Origin: Candidatus Eiseniibacteriota bacterium
GTDB lineage: Bacteria > Eisenbacteria > RBG-16-71-46 > CAIMUX01 > VGJL01
DNA length: 64,000 nt
Direction: 5' to 3'
Assembly: GCA_963792585.1 (NCBI GenBank)
Contig: CAWBWI010000004.1
Span: forward strand, 160,001-224,000
Shown here: positions 61,558 through 64,000 of the stretch, one piece after another
Position numbering within the stretch: the first letter of the stretch is position 1
Layout: every line of letters starts with the position of its first letter
Translations under genes and position numbers: made by a program
Notes under the pieces: generated by a model
Told to the model about the DNA's origin: nothing
Seen by the model: only the letters and a program-made list of their open reading frames with translations
Database searches by the model: none

Positions 61558-62141
61558 GTCGCCCGTCCCTCCGAGAGTTCGCGCGCAAGCCACATCTTTG
61601 CGACGCGCCAGTCGTTGTAGGCCGTTCTCTCCGAAATGCCCAGGATGCGAGCGATCTCCCCCATCTCCATCCCGCAGAATACGCGCAGCTCTACGAGCCG
61701 CTCCATGCGGGCGTCCAACGCGCCGAGACCGGTCAGCAGCCGATCGAGGTCCAGGACCTCGACATCGGAAGGGGCCGCCGCTTCGACCTGTTCGTCGAAG
61801 GTGACCCTCTGCCAGCTACCGCCGCGCCTCGCAGAGGCGCGGTGCCGCGCGTGCTCCACCAGAATCCGCCGCATGGCGGTAGCGGCGATTCCGAAGAAGT
61901 GGGCCCGACTCTCCCACGTGATCGCGGTTCCGTCGACCAAGCGCAGATAGGCTTCGTTGACGAGCGCGGTGGGTTGGAGCGTGTGATTCGATCGCTCCCG
62001 CCGCATCAGCCCGGCGGCGAGGCGGCGCAATTCTCCATACACGGCTCCAAAGAGCCGGTTTGCGGCATCGATCCTATCGAGATCCCGTCGCCCCAGATCT
62101 GCAAGGAGCTGCGTGACCTCGCCTCGCCCGGCTGGATCCAT
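61554..62141 (-). CDS. ECF sigma factor of the kinase-associated type
   Basis: EVTQLL, VYGELRRLA, HTLQPTALVNEAYLRL, HFFGIAATAMRRILV, DWRVAKMWL; GTGA overlap with the kinase. Confidence 0.92.
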   Translation of the reverse strand: MDPAGRGEVTQLLADLGRRDLDRIDAANRLFGAVYGELRRLAAGLMRRERSNHTLQPTALVNEAYLRLVDGTAITWESRAHFFGIAATAMRRILVEHARHRASARRGGSWQRVTFDEQVEAAAPSDVEVLDLDRLLTGLGALDARMERLVELRVFCGMEMGEIARILGISERTAYNDWRVAKMWLARELSEGRAT

Positions 62142-62327
62142 CGCTAGGCAACTCTCTCTCGGCCCACGGTAAAACCTAGCCCGCAAGGAGAATAGACCGC
62201 GGCACGATGCGGCTGCAAGGAGAACCCCGGGGGGGCGGGAAGGGGTATCCGGCGTTGCAGGTTTGGGACGCCTCCTGCGCATGTAGAAGTGGGTGGGAAA
62301 CGTGGAGCTCCGACAAAGGAGGATGCC

Positions 62328-62909
62328 ATGTGGGGCGCACTCGTTTTCATCGTGGGCGTGGTCCTGCTGTCCGACGGTTTGGACAACGCGCCCGTTGCCG
62401 AGCTGACGGCGGCCGTCACGGCCGCGACCGGTGAAGATCTTGTTTCCGGGTACGATGTCTACTCGTACCGCGCACCAACCCCGATTCCGGATGGTGACCG
62501 CGCCGGGGTTGTCGTGGGACCGATCCGGATCCCGGACGACGGCAACCCCGTCAAGGGCGTCATCCTCTCGATCAGCATCAGCCATCCTTACACTGGTGAC
62601 CTGTCCTTGCGGCTGGGCTACGACGAGAACAACGACGGGGTCGTCGAAGCGAGCGCGGAGCTCGAGCCTCACCGCGCCCGCCCGGGCGGATGGGCGGTCC
62701 GCGAGCCGTACGCCTGTCCCGCTGAGATGAACGGCGTCTTCTACTATCGGGATGAACCTCCCGGTGAGTACGACGACCGCGGCGACGCATCCTTCGGAGT
62801 CTTCGACGGGCTCGCCAAAGGAGGGTGCTTCAGGTTGTCGGCCGTGGACAGCCTTCCCGAGGACAAGGGCACGCTCCTGGGCTGGACCGTCTACCTCAAG
62901 GGGTCGTGA
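62328..62909 (+). CDS. exported stand-alone proprotein-convertase P-domain-like protein
   Basis: AAGGAGG RBS, hydrophobic N-terminus, PIPD, ISHPYTGDLSLRL, FDG...G.F.L...D....D.GTLLGWTV. Confidence 0.72.
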   Translation: MWGALVFIVGVVLLSDGLDNAPVAELTAAVTAATGEDLVSGYDVYSYRAPTPIPDGDRAGVVVGPIRIPDDGNPVKGVILSISISHPYTGDLSLRLGYDENNDGVVEASAELEPHRARPGGWAVREPYACPAEMNGVFYYRDEPPGEYDDRGDASFGVFDGLAKGGCFRLSAVDSLPEDKGTLLGWTVYLKGS

Positions 62910-62964
62910 AACACGGCACACGACGCCGGAATCCACATCCCGGGTCGTGTTAGAGTTTCGGGAT

Positions 62965-64000
62965 ATGAGAAGCACCGGCCGACACTCCCAGCGCGTCCTC
63001 GATGCCCCCGTTGTCGTTATCGACATCGGATCCAACTCCGGCCGCATCGTCGTCTGCAGGATGGGAACGCATGGGGTCATCGAGATCGTCGGCGATTGCC
63101 GGGCTTCCCTACGACTCATCCATGACATCGACGATCAGGGAAGGCTCGGGGCCAAGACCATCGGGCGGGTCCTTCGAGCGCTCGGCGATTTCCGCGCCGT
63201 GGCGGATGGCTCGGGTCCACGCGCGCTGAGAGTGGTCGCAACGGCCGCAGTTCGCGAAGCCTCGAACGGAGAGGCTCTTTCTCGCCAGATTCGCCGGGAG
63301 ACGGGCATTGCCGTCGAGATCTTGAGCGGTGCTCGAGAAGCCCAATGCGCCTTCCTTGGGGCTGCGTACGGACTCCCGGTCGACGACGGAATGATGCTGG
63401 ATGTCGGGGGCGGAAGTCTCCAGCTGGTCCGCTTTCACAATCGAGTGTCGAGCCGCTCCTGGAGCCTGCCGTTGGGCGCGTTGCGATTGAGCGAGAGGTT
63501 CCTCGGCGGTAGGGCGCCGAGTCGGCGGAGCGTTTCCAAACTCAGGGCCCATGTGATCGATCAGTTTTCCCGAGCCGGTGTCTCTCTCCTTCCCCGCGCA
63601 GGGGCGCTCATCGGAACGGGAGGCACGATCCGCAATCTGGCCAAGATCGACTCCCGCCGGAGGCCCTATCCCATCTCGAGGCTGCACGGGTTCGAGATCT
63701 CCCGAGCCCATCTCGAAGAAGTCGCGGCGCAGTTGACCTCGCATCGCATCTCTGCGAGTTTCTCGATCCCCGGCCTCAACGCGGATCGCGCCGACTCGAT
63801 GTTGGGCGGCTGCTTCGTGGTCGAGACGGTCATGGACTTCATCGGCGCCGAGACCCTCATCGTCTCGGGGCAAGGGCTCCGGGAAGGGATCCTCTACGAG
63901 AAGAACCTCCGAGGCATCCCGTCGATCGAGACCGTGCGTCGCGCATCGATCGCCGACATCACGTCGCGGTTCCGCACCTGGGACCCTACCCGGGCTCGGC
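62965..64000 (+). CDS. Ppx/GppA family exopolyphosphatase (runs off window)
   Basis: Manual translation VIDIGSNSGR, VATAAVREASNG, ILSGAREA, LDVGGGSLQL, GTGGTIRNLA, GLREG. Confidence 0.9.
   Translation, partial: MRSTGRHSQRVLDAPVVVIDIGSNSGRIVVCRMGTHGVIEIVGDCRASLRLIHDIDDQGRLGAKTIGRVLRALGDFRAVADGSGPRALRVVATAAVREASNGEALSRQIRRETGIAVEILSGAREAQCAFLGAAYGLPVDDGMMLDVGGGSLQLVRFHNRVSSRSWSLPLGALRLSERFLGGRAPSRRSVSKLRAHVIDQFSRAGVSLLPRAGALIGTGGTIRNLAKIDSRRRPYPISRLHGFEISRAHLEEVAAQLTSHRISASFSIPGLNADRADSMLGGCFVVETVMDFIGAETLIVSGQGLREGILYEKNLRGIPSIETVRRASIADITSRFRTWDPTRAR

Overview
High-GC bacterial chromosome segment, mostly housekeeping. It contains an acyl-CoA dehydrogenase/scoAB/B12-binding subunit/meaB cluster; yraN-rnhB-rplS-trmD-rimM-khpA-rpsP-ffh; rpe-PASTA-rsmB-fmt-yajC-tgt-queA-ruvB; a heterodimeric ABC exporter; ruvAC-yebC-EF-G paralog; a complete rRNA operon (16S-tRNA-Ile-tRNA-Ala-23S-5S, minus strand); PBP1A; nucleoside salvage genes; speB with tandem XRE-cupin regulators; a LonC-like protease; dapDCE; and secreted or membrane proteins including a 1615-aa C25 (gingipain-like) protein with a FlgD-like C-terminal domain. 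FlgD-like tails, GACC repeats and a TWGxxK/R-type terminus suggest an FCB-group candidate lineage such as Eisenbacteria (inference only). Many conserved genes carry frameshifts or in-frame TAG codons, which looks like an incompletely polished long-read assembly. The best candidate for an undescribed system lies right of tRNA-Trp: ECF sigma factor -> membrane Ser/Thr kinase with TolB-like propellers -> a ~105-aa protein whose two related helical repeats flank a Pro/Thr-rich CFGC loop -> an RRE-less radical SAM/SPASM enzyme. I interpret this as a signal-controlled peptide/protein-modification module. Also notable are a promoter-driven structured RNA candidate (3378-3499), a dual-coding scoA/scoB overlap, and a C25 domain lacking the catalytic His. 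No CRISPR array or transposase/integrase was seen. All calls come from motif recognition by eye; no searches were run.
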